DNA of 64,000 nt from Bacteroidales bacterium (lineage in GTDB: Bacteria; Bacteroidota; Bacteroidia; Bacteroidales; UBA12077): positions 11,336-75,335 of the forward strand of contig DMBU01000154.1 of the NCBI GenBank assembly GCA_003446015.1. Reading direction: 5' to 3'. Made by a program: the position numbers and the translations under genes. Below the pieces are notes generated by a model. It ran no database searches. It was not told where the DNA came from and saw nothing but the letters and a program-made list of their open reading frames with translations. Of the stretch, positions 51,301-60,583 are shown one piece after another; within the stretch, counting starts at the first letter, position 1, and each line of letters opens with the position of its first letter.

Positions 51301-51585
51301 AGGGAATATTTTTCGGTATAAATTTTCAATATTGTTTGCCTTGAACTCTTTCTTTATTTCAGGATTATTTACAAAATATTGTATTTTTTCTCTATACAAC
51401 TGATTTGTGTTTTGGAAAAGATTTTTAATTTCAAGGTTAACAATATCATTTTCCTTTTGGATTTGCCAATTGATATATTGTTTTTGATTTTTTATGCTTA
51501 TGGCAAAATATATTGCACACAATACACTCAAAACAAACATAACTGTTAATATAGTCTTATTCTTTAGCCGTCTTTCGAATTCCAT
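48304..51585 (-). CDS. Hybrid sensor histidine kinase (Cache-like, three PAS, HisKA, HATPase, REC)
   Basis: FLANLSHEIRTPMN, NAIKFT, DSGIGI, GGTGIGL, REC ADD/LMDIKMP; three PAS-PAC repeats. Confidence 0.93.
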   Translation of the reverse strand: MEFERRLKNKTILTVMFVLSVLCAIYFAISIKNQKQYINWQIQKENDIVNLEIKNLFQNTNQLYREKIQYFVNNPEIKKEFKANNIENLYRKIFPFYTILKSEDPYHFVVNFYTKENSLALNMETGYGNSQKTAPKNSIVFEANQEKRKKTGFEFVNSLLYYKIAEPIVFEGQYVGCIEFAIRENEIITFLARNYDINIAGLFNTSTLDQNILNEFGSTVIDNKYIIHSPNNDEIIAKVVENKSLVPGKFEFNDKYYYLNIINTETSFHNEGLDGVVFARDITVLQNQYLAVLYKSIIIIFLILLSTYIILHFSFNTLIQKVFNLQDSLDKRLAQKTKEIVNANAELNQIFNTTGNSMRLIDTDFNILRVNRAFTMMSGISKEDAEGKKCFNIFPGPYCHTAECPLNQVKNGEDRVEQDIKKKNKNGKIIPGILNSVAFKGQNGEILGIIEDFKDISKRVEVEEALLRTEQQFSIFMDNLPLGVFIKDEELKSVYLNKFMDNIYSNTDCQNKTPEEIFPEEYANRVIEEDKRVLNGELLVVEDNLPNKLGELKSYQTHKFRFRAADNTWQIGGVSIDITQKKKTEYELKILSNAIQHSPACVVITDLEGKVEIVNPSFTQITGYLPEDVLGKEISILHSDSNSNNVFNDIIKTVIEGNDWQGEFQNIKKNGERYWELASISPVINNKFEITHFVVISEDITSRKKTEKELIDAKEKAEESNRLKTAFLANLSHEIRTPMNAIIGFSNLLLDEEMAYDDKVKLNNLINDNSQNLLKLIDDVIDISKIQAGDFQLNKTECFLNKLLLDLYVSFSIQIENDTKKDIHLSMNKGSRIKDFSIVTDPVRLKQILYNLIENAIKFTTKGFVEFGYTIIKDQNKIQFYVIDSGIGISNEKFDMIYDLFRQADESFTREYGGTGIGLTIAKKIVGHLGGEIWVQSTPNQGTNIYFTLPFETAESTVEDTSVKLVNTFDWQNKVVLIADDIDVNYKLIEEILSPTKAKILWAKDGKEAVDLCLKNDNIDLVLMDIKMPIMNGFEATQKIKEHRQNLQIIGQTAYAHDNDRQKCLNAGFDNYISKPIKIEDLLSTIHKAFLKN

Positions 51586-51863
51586 TTATTTCCGTTCTTC
51601 CCTCGTCAATAAAATAAAGCTGCAAATAAAGTAAAAAATACTGAACTAAAAAATTACGGTTGACAGGTTTGTAAACATTTTTTCAAAATTTTAGTCAAAA
51701 ACTTTTTTTCTGTCTGTTAATAACTTAAGAGTCTCTTTCGCAATGTCCTGTAAAATTAGTGTGAAGAGAAATCCTATAGATTTAGTCATTTGAAGGGATA
51801 TCAAAATTTTTGTTTTAATTACAATATAACTAATTTGCAATATATTTATTAAAATCACTAAAA

Positions 51864-53012
51864 ATGAAAACGATAATACTGAAAATAAAGCTTTTATTCC
51901 TTTTGACATTCACTCTATTTTCTATTGAAACATTTGCCCAACCCACATTCCGGGAGATTAAGATTATAAATGAAATACCTGCAACTCCAGTTAAAGATCA
52001 GGCAAATACAGGAACTTGCTGGAGTTTTGGCACTACATCTTTTATTGAATCGGAGCTTATAAGATTAGGAAAAGGAGAGTTTGATTTATCTGAGATGTTC
52101 ACGATCCGATGTACATACGAGGATCATGCACGGATGTTTGTACGTTATCATGGGAACATAAATTTTGGAGCTGGAGCCGAAGGCTGGGATTTATTTAATG
52201 TGGTAAAGAATTATGGTATAGTTCCTCAGGAAGCTTATCCCGGATTAATTGTTAACCCTCAAATGCACGACCATGTTGAAATGGATCAGGTTTTAAAATC
52301 AATGATGGCTGTTTTAATTAAAAAGGATAAACTAACAACGGTTTGGAACAAAGCTATAAGCGCTGTGTTGGATGTTTATTTAGGAGAATATCCTCAAGAA
52401 TTTGAATATAAAGGTAAAAAGTATAGCCCAAAAAGTTTTCGTGATTATTTGGGAATCGATGTATCAAATTATATTGCATTTACTTCATTTACAAACAATC
52501 CATATTATACTGAAATTGTATTTGAATCGCCCGACAACTGGTCAAATGGAGCTGTAAAAAATGTAAAACTGGATGATTTAACAGAAATTATTAACCATGC
52601 ATTATTAAACGGATACTCTGTTATTTGGGCAAGCGATGTAAGTGATCCCGGATTTAATCATAAAAAGGGTCTTGCTATTGTTCCGGAAAAAGACTGGGCT
52701 GATATGAATGAGGATGAAAAAACTCAGACATTTATAAAACCAGTAAAACAAAAAGAAATTACTCCTGAACTGCGACAAATTGGGTATGATAATTATGAAA
52801 CCACCGATGATCATTTAATGCATATTGTTGGATTGGCAAAAGACAAGAATGGAACCAAATACTATAAAGTAAAGAACTCATGGGGAATCGACAGCAATGA
52901 ATTTGGAGGGTGCTTTTATGCTTCAGAATCATATGTAAAATTAAAAACCATGACTGTTGCTGTACATAAAGATGCTATACCTAAGGCAATTTTAGAAAAA
53001 TTAAACGAATAA
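51864..53012 (+). CDS. Exported C1 family cysteine aminopeptidase (PepC/bleomycin hydrolase-like)
   Basis: Signal peptide; DQANTGTCWSF, TDDHLMH, VKNSWG. Confidence 0.9.
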   Translation: MKTIILKIKLLFLLTFTLFSIETFAQPTFREIKIINEIPATPVKDQANTGTCWSFGTTSFIESELIRLGKGEFDLSEMFTIRCTYEDHARMFVRYHGNINFGAGAEGWDLFNVVKNYGIVPQEAYPGLIVNPQMHDHVEMDQVLKSMMAVLIKKDKLTTVWNKAISAVLDVYLGEYPQEFEYKGKKYSPKSFRDYLGIDVSNYIAFTSFTNNPYYTEIVFESPDNWSNGAVKNVKLDDLTEIINHALLNGYSVIWASDVSDPGFNHKKGLAIVPEKDWADMNEDEKTQTFIKPVKQKEITPELRQIGYDNYETTDDHLMHIVGLAKDKNGTKYYKVKNSWGIDSNEFGGCFYASESYVKLKTMTVAVHKDAIPKAILEKLNE

Positions 53013-53017
53013 ATTAA

Positions 53018-54103
53018 ATGATCAGGAATAAACTTCTGATTTTATTCTTATTGCTTGCAATTTTTCAAACATCAAAAGGACAGGATGAGGTTAATAATCC
53101 AATAAGTTTTGCCCTAAAACCGCAATATGGATTAATTCTTCCTCATTCGAGTAAAGTTGAACATCTTACAAATACAAATCCATTTGGGCTTGAATTTGAA
53201 CTTTCCTGGTTAATGCTGAAAGAAAAAAACTGGCAACAATGTAACTGTTTTTCAAAAACTGGAATTTCATTTTTATACATAAATTATGATAATCCTGAAA
53301 TTGTTGGAAGTTCATTTAACTTAATAGGATTTGCCGAACCTTTTTTTATTCGTTCCAATCGATTTTTATTTTCAGCCCGAATGGGTGTTGGATTGAGTTT
53401 TCTCGATAAAATTTATGATAAAGTTGATAATCCTGATAATACATTCTTTTCAACGCATCTAAGCTTCATTGTGCACATTGATATTAATGCCTATTATCAG
53501 CTTAATAACAATTATAGCTTAATGTGTTTTGCTAAATACAATCATATTTCTAACGGTGGAGTAAAACAACCTAATTATGGAATGAATTTTCCAACATTTG
53601 GAATAGGTGTAAATTACTACCCCTCAAAAAAATTGATTTTCCCTGAACGTAACAGGCAAAGGTTTACACCTGAAATGTTTTATAATGTATATTTTTTTGG
53701 AATGATAAAAAAAATAAAGGAAGATGAATATTTTCCAGAAGTTACTACTTATGTATTTGGTTTTTATGGATTAGTGGGTAGAACAGTAAGTATTCTTAAT
53801 GGTTTTAGCTTGGGATTTGAGTATATTAATGATGGAGGAGCAAAAGAGGAAATAGAGAGAAAGGGGGTGTATAAAGATCACCAAAAAATATCAGGTTTAG
53901 TTGGTCATCACTTGTTGTTTGGGAAATTTGATTTTTCTCAGTACTGGGGAACTTATATTTATGCTCCTTATAAGCCTGCAATTTTTTTCCAACGCTATTC
54001 AATAAGTTATAAGTTTAATAATCATATTTTAGGAGGTGTTACCTTAAAAGCTCATGGTGATGCAGCAGATAGTTTTCAAATATTATTGGGGTATTCATTT
54101 TAA
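53018..54103 (+). CDS. Acyloxyacyl hydrolase (PagL-like outer-membrane deacylase)
   Basis: Signal peptide; YNHISNGGVKQPNYGMN PagL motif; C-terminal Phe. Confidence 0.8.
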   Translation: MIRNKLLILFLLLAIFQTSKGQDEVNNPISFALKPQYGLILPHSSKVEHLTNTNPFGLEFELSWLMLKEKNWQQCNCFSKTGISFLYINYDNPEIVGSSFNLIGFAEPFFIRSNRFLFSARMGVGLSFLDKIYDKVDNPDNTFFSTHLSFIVHIDINAYYQLNNNYSLMCFAKYNHISNGGVKQPNYGMNFPTFGIGVNYYPSKKLIFPERNRQRFTPEMFYNVYFFGMIKKIKEDEYFPEVTTYVFGFYGLVGRTVSILNGFSLGFEYINDGGAKEEIERKGVYKDHQKISGLVGHHLLFGKFDFSQYWGTYIYAPYKPAIFFQRYSISYKFNNHILGGVTLKAHGDAADSFQILLGYSF

Positions 54104-54167
54104 TCTCCCTTGATTCCTTTTTATCCTGTCTTTTTATAAATTTGTATAACATTTAATTGTTTAAAAA

Positions 54168-55049
54168 ATGCAAGAAAGAATTTTACAACCCGACCAGAAT
54201 AAATTAATCAAACAATTTCAGAAAAACGAAATAACAGAATATTACATTTATTCTCGTTTATCCAGAAAAATAAAAAACACAAAGAATGCTGAAACCCTCC
54301 AGAAAATTGGAGACGATGAAATGCGCCATTATATGTTTTGGAAAAAATATAGTGGAGTAGATGTAAAACCCAATTGGTGGAACGTATTTAAATTTTATTG
54401 GATTGCTCGTATTCTGGGAATTACATTTGGGATAAAACTAATGGAGAACGGAGAAAAAGGAGCTCAGGAAGCGTATGAAAAGGCTTGTAAATTTATTCCA
54501 GAAGCAAGGCATATCGTTGAAGATGAAGATGCACATGAGAAAGAATTAATAGATATGCTGGAAGAGAAAAAGCTTGAATATGTTGGATCAATCGTTTTAG
54601 GATTAAATGATGCTCTGGTTGAACTTACCGGAACTCTTGCGGGACTTACTTTTGCACTTCAAAACACACGATTAATTGCTATTGCAGGCTTGATTACTGG
54701 TATAGCTGCATCTTTCTCAATGGCTGCATCCGAATACCTGTCAACAAAATCGGAAGGAAATGGTAAAAACGCTTTTTCATCTTCGATTTACACCGGAATT
54801 GCATATATCTTTACAGTGATAATACTCATTCTTCCTTATTTCTTATTTACCAATTATTTTGTTTGTCTTGCGCTTACTATGTTTTTTGCAGTGATAGTCA
54901 TTTTGTTTTTCAATTATTACATTTCTGTGGCAAAGGATCTGAATTTCCGAAAACGATTCTGGGAAATGTTTGTTATAAGCATGGGTGTTGCTGTGTTTAC
55001 ATTTGGAATAGGATATTTAATCAGAATATTCTTAGGTATTGATATCTAA
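54168..55049 (+). CDS. Rubrerythrin-like/VIT1-CCC1 fusion, probable iron exporter
   Basis: Ferritin-like E..H pairs (DEMRH, DEDAH) followed by VLGLNDALVE, SMAASEYLS. Confidence 0.88.
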   Translation: MQERILQPDQNKLIKQFQKNEITEYYIYSRLSRKIKNTKNAETLQKIGDDEMRHYMFWKKYSGVDVKPNWWNVFKFYWIARILGITFGIKLMENGEKGAQEAYEKACKFIPEARHIVEDEDAHEKELIDMLEEKKLEYVGSIVLGLNDALVELTGTLAGLTFALQNTRLIAIAGLITGIAASFSMAASEYLSTKSEGNGKNAFSSSIYTGIAYIFTVIILILPYFLFTNYFVCLALTMFFAVIVILFFNYYISVAKDLNFRKRFWEMFVISMGVAVFTFGIGYLIRIFLGIDI

Positions 55050-55090
55050 ATTGTACTAATAATAAACACTAAAAATCGTAATATTAAAAT

Positions 55091-56425
55091 ATGAATTGGG
55101 ATAAACTACTTTCTGCTAAAAGGCTTGGACTGGAAAAACGCGAATTTAAGGACACAAGAGAAATCAGATCACAATTTCAGCGCGATTACGATCGAATCAT
55201 TTTTTCATCACCATTCAGGAGATTACAAAATAAAACACAGGTTTTTCCATTGCCTGGGAGTATTTTTGTTCATAATAGATTAACACATAGTCTTGAGGTT
55301 GCAAGTGTTGGACGATCTTTGGCAAACCTAGTGGCACAGGATTTACAAAAGAGAGAAGACATTAAGAACAAAGAAATTTTAAATGAACTTGGGTCAATTG
55401 TTTCTGCAGCATGTCTGGCCCACGATATGGGAAATCCTCCTTTTGGACACGCAGGTGAAGTGGCCATTTCAAAATATTTCGCCGAAGGAAATGGAAAGAA
55501 AATTAAAAATGTGGTTACCGATGAAGAGTGGACAGACTTAACACATTTCGAAGGAAATGCAAATGCCCTGCGACTTTTAACACATCAGTTTACCGGGCGA
55601 CGAAAAGGAGGTTTTGCCTTAACATATTCAACTCTGGCAACTCTTATAAAATATCCTTATGGGTCGGACGCTATGATGCAAGGGAAAAAGAAATTTGGAT
55701 ATTTTCAATCAGAAAAAGAATCTTTTATGAAAATTGCCCATGAGCTGGGATTAAAAAAACTTGAAAATCAACCTGAGGTTTATGCACGACACCCATTGGT
55801 TTTTTTGGTTGAAGCAGCAGATGATATTTGCTATGAAATTATGGATATTGAAGATGCCCACAAACTAAAAATTCTTGACACATCAAAAACCTTTGATTTA
55901 TTGTTGGGATTTTTTGAAGAAACTAAGGATAAAAAGTTTTATAAAAATAAAGAAGAAATTTTTAAAGAGGTTACTGACATTAATGAGCAGGTAGCTTATT
56001 TGAGAGCTTCTGTTATTGGGAAGCTTATTAGGGAAATTGCCGATGTTTTTATAAAAAATCATGATCAAATCTTAAATGGAGAATATAATCAAAGTCTTAT
56101 TGCTGGATTGAAAGGAAAAAGTAAAGATGCATTTGAAAAATGTAAAAATGTGGCTATTCATGAAATTTACAAGCATCGTTCTGTTGTGAAAATTGAATTA
56201 ACAGGATTTAATGTGCTTGGGGCTCTTTTAGATGAATTTATAACCGCCATTTTTAATCCCGACAGCGATTATTCACAAAAGATTCTATCCATATTGCCTT
56301 CGCAGTTCAGTGTCGAAGAGCATAGTTTTTATAAAAAAGTAATATCCGTCGTAGACTTTGTTTCCGGAATGACAGACTTGTATGCTGTTGATTTATATAA
56401 AGATATTAAAGGCATTAATCTTTAA
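55091..56425 (+). CDS. dgt: dGTP triphosphohydrolase
   Basis: FQRDYDRI, RRLQNKTQV, HNRLTHSLEV, HDMGNPPFGH, EAADDICY, SGMTD. Confidence 0.93.
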   Translation: MNWDKLLSAKRLGLEKREFKDTREIRSQFQRDYDRIIFSSPFRRLQNKTQVFPLPGSIFVHNRLTHSLEVASVGRSLANLVAQDLQKREDIKNKEILNELGSIVSAACLAHDMGNPPFGHAGEVAISKYFAEGNGKKIKNVVTDEEWTDLTHFEGNANALRLLTHQFTGRRKGGFALTYSTLATLIKYPYGSDAMMQGKKKFGYFQSEKESFMKIAHELGLKKLENQPEVYARHPLVFLVEAADDICYEIMDIEDAHKLKILDTSKTFDLLLGFFEETKDKKFYKNKEEIFKEVTDINEQVAYLRASVIGKLIREIADVFIKNHDQILNGEYNQSLIAGLKGKSKDAFEKCKNVAIHEIYKHRSVVKIELTGFNVLGALLDEFITAIFNPDSDYSQKILSILPSQFSVEEHSFYKKVISVVDFVSGMTDLYAVDLYKDIKGINL

Positions 56426-56460
56426 ATTACTGAGTGATTTATTTATAAAAACATAGTTTT

Positions 56461-56539
56461 GGGCTAAAGCCCTGTAAACAAGAAATAACCACGGGCTTAA
56501 GCCCGTGGTTATAAAAGGATCAAAGCCGGACTTTAGTCC
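56461..56539. repeat. Tripartite REP/MITE-like palindromic element
   Basis: GGGCTAAAGCCC (56461-72), perfect 28-bp palindrome ATAACCACGGGCTTAAGCCCGTGGTTAT (56485-512), GGACTTTAGTCC (56528-39). Confidence 0.8.
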
Positions 56540-56570
56540 ATTAAATACAATTTATAAAGGAGTTAAACTT

Positions 56571-57440
56571 ATGGAAAACTTTTTTGAAAGCAATTATTTT
56601 AAATATTCATTAATTGTAGTTGTTACATTAGTTGCTGCAATAATTATTACAAGAATACTTCGGTTTACGATGAATCGCTTTTTCATTCGTTCATCCCAAA
56701 AGTTAAATGTTGATTATACCAAATTTAACTTCTTGAAAAATGCTGTCAGTTTTATGGTTTTCATTGCAGCCTTTATCGTTATGTTTGTTTTGATACCAGA
56801 GTTAAAAGCCTTAGGATTAACCCTTACAGCTGGGGCAGGAATTATAACAGCCATATTAATTTTTGCTTCGCAACAGGCATTTTCAAATATCATTAGTGGT
56901 ATTTTCATGGTTATTTTTCAGCCTTTCAGGGTAAATGACCTTATTAAAATAGGTGAATTATTCGTTGGATATGTTGAGGATATTACTTTACGACATACAG
57001 TTATCAGAAATTTTGAAAATCGCAGAATAATAGTTCCCAATTCAGTTATTAGTGCTGAAACAATTGTTAACTCTAACATCGTTGAAGATAAGATTAATAA
57101 TTTTCTTGAAATAGGAATCAGTTACGATTCTGATATTGACAAAGCGATGGAGATAATGCGTTCTGAAGCCATGAAACACCCCAACTTTGTTGATAATCGC
57201 ACTCAGGAAGAAAAGGAAAATAATGTTCCTGCAGTAATTGTTCGTGTGATTAATCTGGCCGATTGGGCAGTTACCCTCAGGGCTTATGTATGGTCGGAAA
57301 ACAGCCCCACCGGATTTGTCATGAAATGCGATTTGCGAAAATCTATCAAAGAACGATTTGATAAAGAAGGTATTGAAATCCCATTTCCATACAGAACGGT
57401 TGTATTTAAAAAGGATCTGGAAGAAAAACGAAAGGAATAA
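56571..57440 (+). CDS. Small-conductance mechanosensitive channel (MscS family)
   Basis: FASQQAFSNIISG, PFRVND, VEDITLRHT, VPNS, GIEIPFP; ATG 56571 preferred to the GTG inside the palindrome. Confidence 0.92.
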   Translation: MENFFESNYFKYSLIVVVTLVAAIIITRILRFTMNRFFIRSSQKLNVDYTKFNFLKNAVSFMVFIAAFIVMFVLIPELKALGLTLTAGAGIITAILIFASQQAFSNIISGIFMVIFQPFRVNDLIKIGELFVGYVEDITLRHTVIRNFENRRIIVPNSVISAETIVNSNIVEDKINNFLEIGISYDSDIDKAMEIMRSEAMKHPNFVDNRTQEEKENNVPAVIVRVINLADWAVTLRAYVWSENSPTGFVMKCDLRKSIKERFDKEGIEIPFPYRTVVFKKDLEEKRKE

Positions 57441-57443
57441 AAC

Positions 57444-58508
57444 ATGCGAAGGAAAAAATCAAAAACAGTAACGCATAAAATTGGCCAAATTCCGGGGAGC
57501 TTAACATACACAGGTATAAAGAGGGAAGATTCTCCGGCTATTCGATTAATCCAGTACGACGAAGATAAAGTGTCGATTAATCAGGAGTTATCGTACGAAG
57601 ATATCGTAAAACAGATTCAACCCGATAAAGTAAACTGGATTCACTTTTTTACATTAGATCAAATTGATGCGATAGAAAAAATTGGTTTGCATTTCGATAT
57701 TCACAGCTTAATGCTTGAAGATACCTTAAATGTAGATCACTTACCCAAAGTTGAGTTTTCTGAACATCATGTATTTTTAACATTAAAAATATTAAGTCTC
57801 GACCAGGATAATCAACTGGAACAGGAGCATGCTAGTTTTATACTGGGAGATCATTATTTGATAAGTTTTAAAGAACTACGAAGTGAGTTGTTAAAACCGC
57901 TACGAGAAAGAATTGAAAACAATATTGGAAAAGTAAGAAAAAAACGAGCCGATTATTTATTCTACTTATTGATTGACACAATTGTTGATAATTACTTTTT
58001 GTTGATTGAAAAACTTCGAAGTGCGCTCGAGGAAATTGAAGATAAACTAATTGACACACCTTCGCTTAATTCTATTAACGAAATACATCATATCAAGAGA
58101 CAAATACTTACTGTTCGTAAAGATATTTTTGCTTTACGCGAAGCTATAATTAATTTGGTAAATGAAGAGCCAGAACAAATATTTGAATCGAATTATAAAT
58201 ATTTACGTGATATACAGGATCATGTAAATTTTGTATTTGAATCAATTGAAACTTTTCGCGAAGATCAAAAATCACTAACAGAGTTGAATAATTCAAATTT
58301 GAATAACAGCATGAACCAGGTAATGAAAACTCTTACCATTGTTGCAACTATTTTTATTCCACTCACATTTATTGCAGGACTTTATGGAATGAACTTCAAA
58401 TATATGCCTGAATTATCCTGGCGTTGGGGATATTTTGGAGTACTGGGCGTTATGCTTACAGTTGTTTTGGGAATGATTTGGTACATAAAACGAAAAAGAT
58501 GGTTTTAA
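57444..58508 (+). CDS. corA: Magnesium/cobalt transporter CorA
   Basis: MNQVMKTLT...PLTFIAGLYGMNF...MPEL. Confidence 0.95.
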   Translation: MRRKKSKTVTHKIGQIPGSLTYTGIKREDSPAIRLIQYDEDKVSINQELSYEDIVKQIQPDKVNWIHFFTLDQIDAIEKIGLHFDIHSLMLEDTLNVDHLPKVEFSEHHVFLTLKILSLDQDNQLEQEHASFILGDHYLISFKELRSELLKPLRERIENNIGKVRKKRADYLFYLLIDTIVDNYFLLIEKLRSALEEIEDKLIDTPSLNSINEIHHIKRQILTVRKDIFALREAIINLVNEEPEQIFESNYKYLRDIQDHVNFVFESIETFREDQKSLTELNNSNLNNSMNQVMKTLTIVATIFIPLTFIAGLYGMNFKYMPELSWRWGYFGVLGVMLTVVLGMIWYIKRKRWF

Positions 58509-58517
58509 AAACTTTAA

Positions 58518-58590
58518 GTCATTGCAAATAAAATGAAGCAATCTCTTTAAATTTAAGGATTGCTTCGATCGTTCCTCACACTCAAAGAAC
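58518..58590. repeat. Degenerate GTCATTGC...GAAGCAATC/GATTGCTTC palindromic element
   Basis: GAAGCAATC (58535-43) pairs with GATTGCTTC (58558-66); starts with GTCATTGC; right end uncertain. Confidence 0.55.
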
Positions 58591-58601
58591 TAACCAGAAT
58601 C

Positions 58602-59630
58602 TTATTCTCCTCTTATCACAGTTTTTGATACAACATCGTCTCCAGCGATTATTCTAATATGAAACATCCCAAGCTGATTGCCTATATTATCCGAGTTAAT
58701 TGTCTCTGTATAATATCCTGCTTTCTGATTTAGTTTTTGAATTGTGCTGACTTTTTTACCTGTATTATCATAAATTTCAATGCTTACGTTACCATCATTT
58801 ACAATGGTATAATCCAGCTTAAATGCTTCTTTAAATGGATTGGGGTAAATCTTAGCTTCAATGCTTTCTGAAACTAATTTTCTATCTTGGTTATCTTCAA
58901 CAGATTTGTTTTCAGCTTTAGAATAATAAGCAGTTTGAATTGTTTTTGTTCCATTCGATGTTTGACTTTGTATAATAGTTAACAAGGGATACCGAAGATC
59001 TTCAGAGTACCATTTATATGAGATTGTTGCACAGTTGCATGTGTTATTATTATTAAAACATTGTTCTTTAAAGGTTTTAATTCTGAAAACATTTTTGTAA
59101 CGGATATTCCCGGGAAGAATTAATGTTCCATAAGCATCAGCTTCGAGTAAATATGTTCCGGTAAAATTGGCTTTGTAATTATTTGCTCCTTCTATTGTCC
59201 CGGAAAAGTCACCCGAATAAGTATCTCCATAATTAAATGGGAAAACCATTTTAACAAAAGGCTTATCATATTTGGTTATGGTGTTATTTTTAGTTACCGT
59301 TCCATATTGTTCAATTATTCCATCTGATGCTTTAAAATAGAATTTAACTTCGAATTCTTCTAAAACCGTATTGGCTTCCGGGATATCAATTGAATTAGCT
59401 GTATTATAAGCACTATACATAAAACTTGTTAATGAAGATTGATTCTGAAGATTGCTAAAATCCCAAACAACAGATGGCCCTCTTGCTCCAGGATCAGCAT
59501 TATTGGTGATGTTGAAATAATGTTCATCTCCGGCACGCAACATATGCGAATTACCATTCATTAAAAATTGTGCTTGTAACAAAAGGCCTGCGCTTAATAT
59601 AAAAATAGAAGTAATGATTAACTTTTTCAT
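58602..59630 (-). CDS. T9SS type A sorting domain protein, function unknown
   Basis: Signal peptide; VWDFSNL, DAYGTLILP; C-terminal IYPNPF...IYDNTGKKV...GMFHIRI...KTVI. Confidence 0.85.
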   Translation of the reverse strand: MKKLIITSIFILSAGLLLQAQFLMNGNSHMLRAGDEHYFNITNNADPGARGPSVVWDFSNLQNQSSLTSFMYSAYNTANSIDIPEANTVLEEFEVKFYFKASDGIIEQYGTVTKNNTITKYDKPFVKMVFPFNYGDTYSGDFSGTIEGANNYKANFTGTYLLEADAYGTLILPGNIRYKNVFRIKTFKEQCFNNNNTCNCATISYKWYSEDLRYPLLTIIQSQTSNGTKTIQTAYYSKAENKSVEDNQDRKLVSESIEAKIYPNPFKEAFKLDYTIVNDGNVSIEIYDNTGKKVSTIQKLNQKAGYYTETINSDNIGNQLGMFHIRIIAGDDVVSKTVIRGE

Positions 59631-59790
59631 GGGTCAAATATTTTAATGGCTAATAAATAAAGACAGATAAGTTACAAAAAAACAAAGACCAAGTAAAACA
59701 TTTTTAAGAAAAATAGCATTTCATTTAAAAATTTGTATTTTTAAGATGCAGGGGGGCAATGTAAATACAATTTCTAAATAAGAATGCCAG

Positions 59791-60207
59791 ATGAAAAATC
59801 AAAAACACCTGATTTTAGCAATTATCGTTTTGTTTATAATTATTCCATTAGGACTCTTCTCTAAAATTTATTCCGGAACAGGACATGAGTGGGTTAATAA
59901 TAAACTTGGAGGTGTTTTTTATGAAATATTCTGGTGTTTAATCTTTTTTATCATACTCCCAAAATCTAAACCAATTAGAATAGTAATTGGGGTTTTTGTT
60001 GTTACTTGTATTTTAGAGTTTATGCAATTATGGGAAAATGAGTTTTTAGTAATGATCAGATCAAATTTTATTGGAAGAACAATTATTGGGAGCTCATTTA
60101 CATGGTCAGACTTCTTTTATTATTCCATCGGATCATTATTAGCATATTTTTTACTTGATAAGATTGAAAAATGGGAAACAATAAAAAAAGACAAAATCGT
60201 TCAGTGA
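59791..60207 (+). CDS. DUF2809 family membrane protein
   Basis: LEFMQLW...GRTIIGSSFTWSD motif and hydrophobic helices. Confidence 0.75.
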   Translation: MKNQKHLILAIIVLFIIIPLGLFSKIYSGTGHEWVNNKLGGVFYEIFWCLIFFIILPKSKPIRIVIGVFVVTCILEFMQLWENEFLVMIRSNFIGRTIIGSSFTWSDFFYYSIGSLLAYFLLDKIEKWETIKKDKIVQ

Positions 60208-60245
60208 TGAAAAATCTTGTCTTTATAAAACATTGCTCTTCTTTA

Positions 60246-60572
60246 TTATTCCTTAATCATGGTTAAAAGCATTTTAAATCTTGATGTTGCTTTTACGGCA
60301 TGGGGAATATTGGCCGGCATAATAATTGATCCTCCTGCAGGAACATCGTACGGCTTTTTATCAATGATGATTAGTGCAGATCCTTCTAAAACTTGAATTA
60401 AAGCATCAAAAGGAGCTGAATGTTCACTTAATTCCTGACCCTTGTCAAACGCAAAGAGAGAAATGTTTCCAACTTGTTTTTGAATTATTCGCTTGCTTAC
60501 AATACCATCGCTAGAGTATTCTACCTTATTTGCGAAATTAAAAACGCTTGAGTGTATTATTTTATCATCCAT
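60246..60572 (-). CDS. Cupin domain protein
   Basis: FAFDKGQELSEHSAPFDA...MPANIPHAV. Confidence 0.9.
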   Translation of the reverse strand: MDDKIIHSSVFNFANKVEYSSDGIVSKRIIQKQVGNISLFAFDKGQELSEHSAPFDALIQVLEGSALIIIDKKPYDVPAGGSIIMPANIPHAVKATSRFKMLLTMIKE

Positions 60573-60583
60573 ATAATTTAGTT

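Noticed and set aside
51586-51863. 278-nt divergent intergenic region with ORF 51691-51909 and a TTCGCAATGTC motif
   Set aside because: The ORF overlaps the peptidase start and has no motifs; I could not support a riboswitch, ncRNA or repeat.
22533-56425. Defence island suggested by Schlafen/AlbA_2, MazG-like and dGTPase genes
   Set aside because: The genes are scattered among housekeeping loci and look like standard chromosomal versions; no clustering with mobile or defence genes.
56505-56570. N-terminal extension of MscS from GTG 56505
   Set aside because: The start lies inside the palindromic element; ATG 56571 preceded by AAAGGAG is more plausible.
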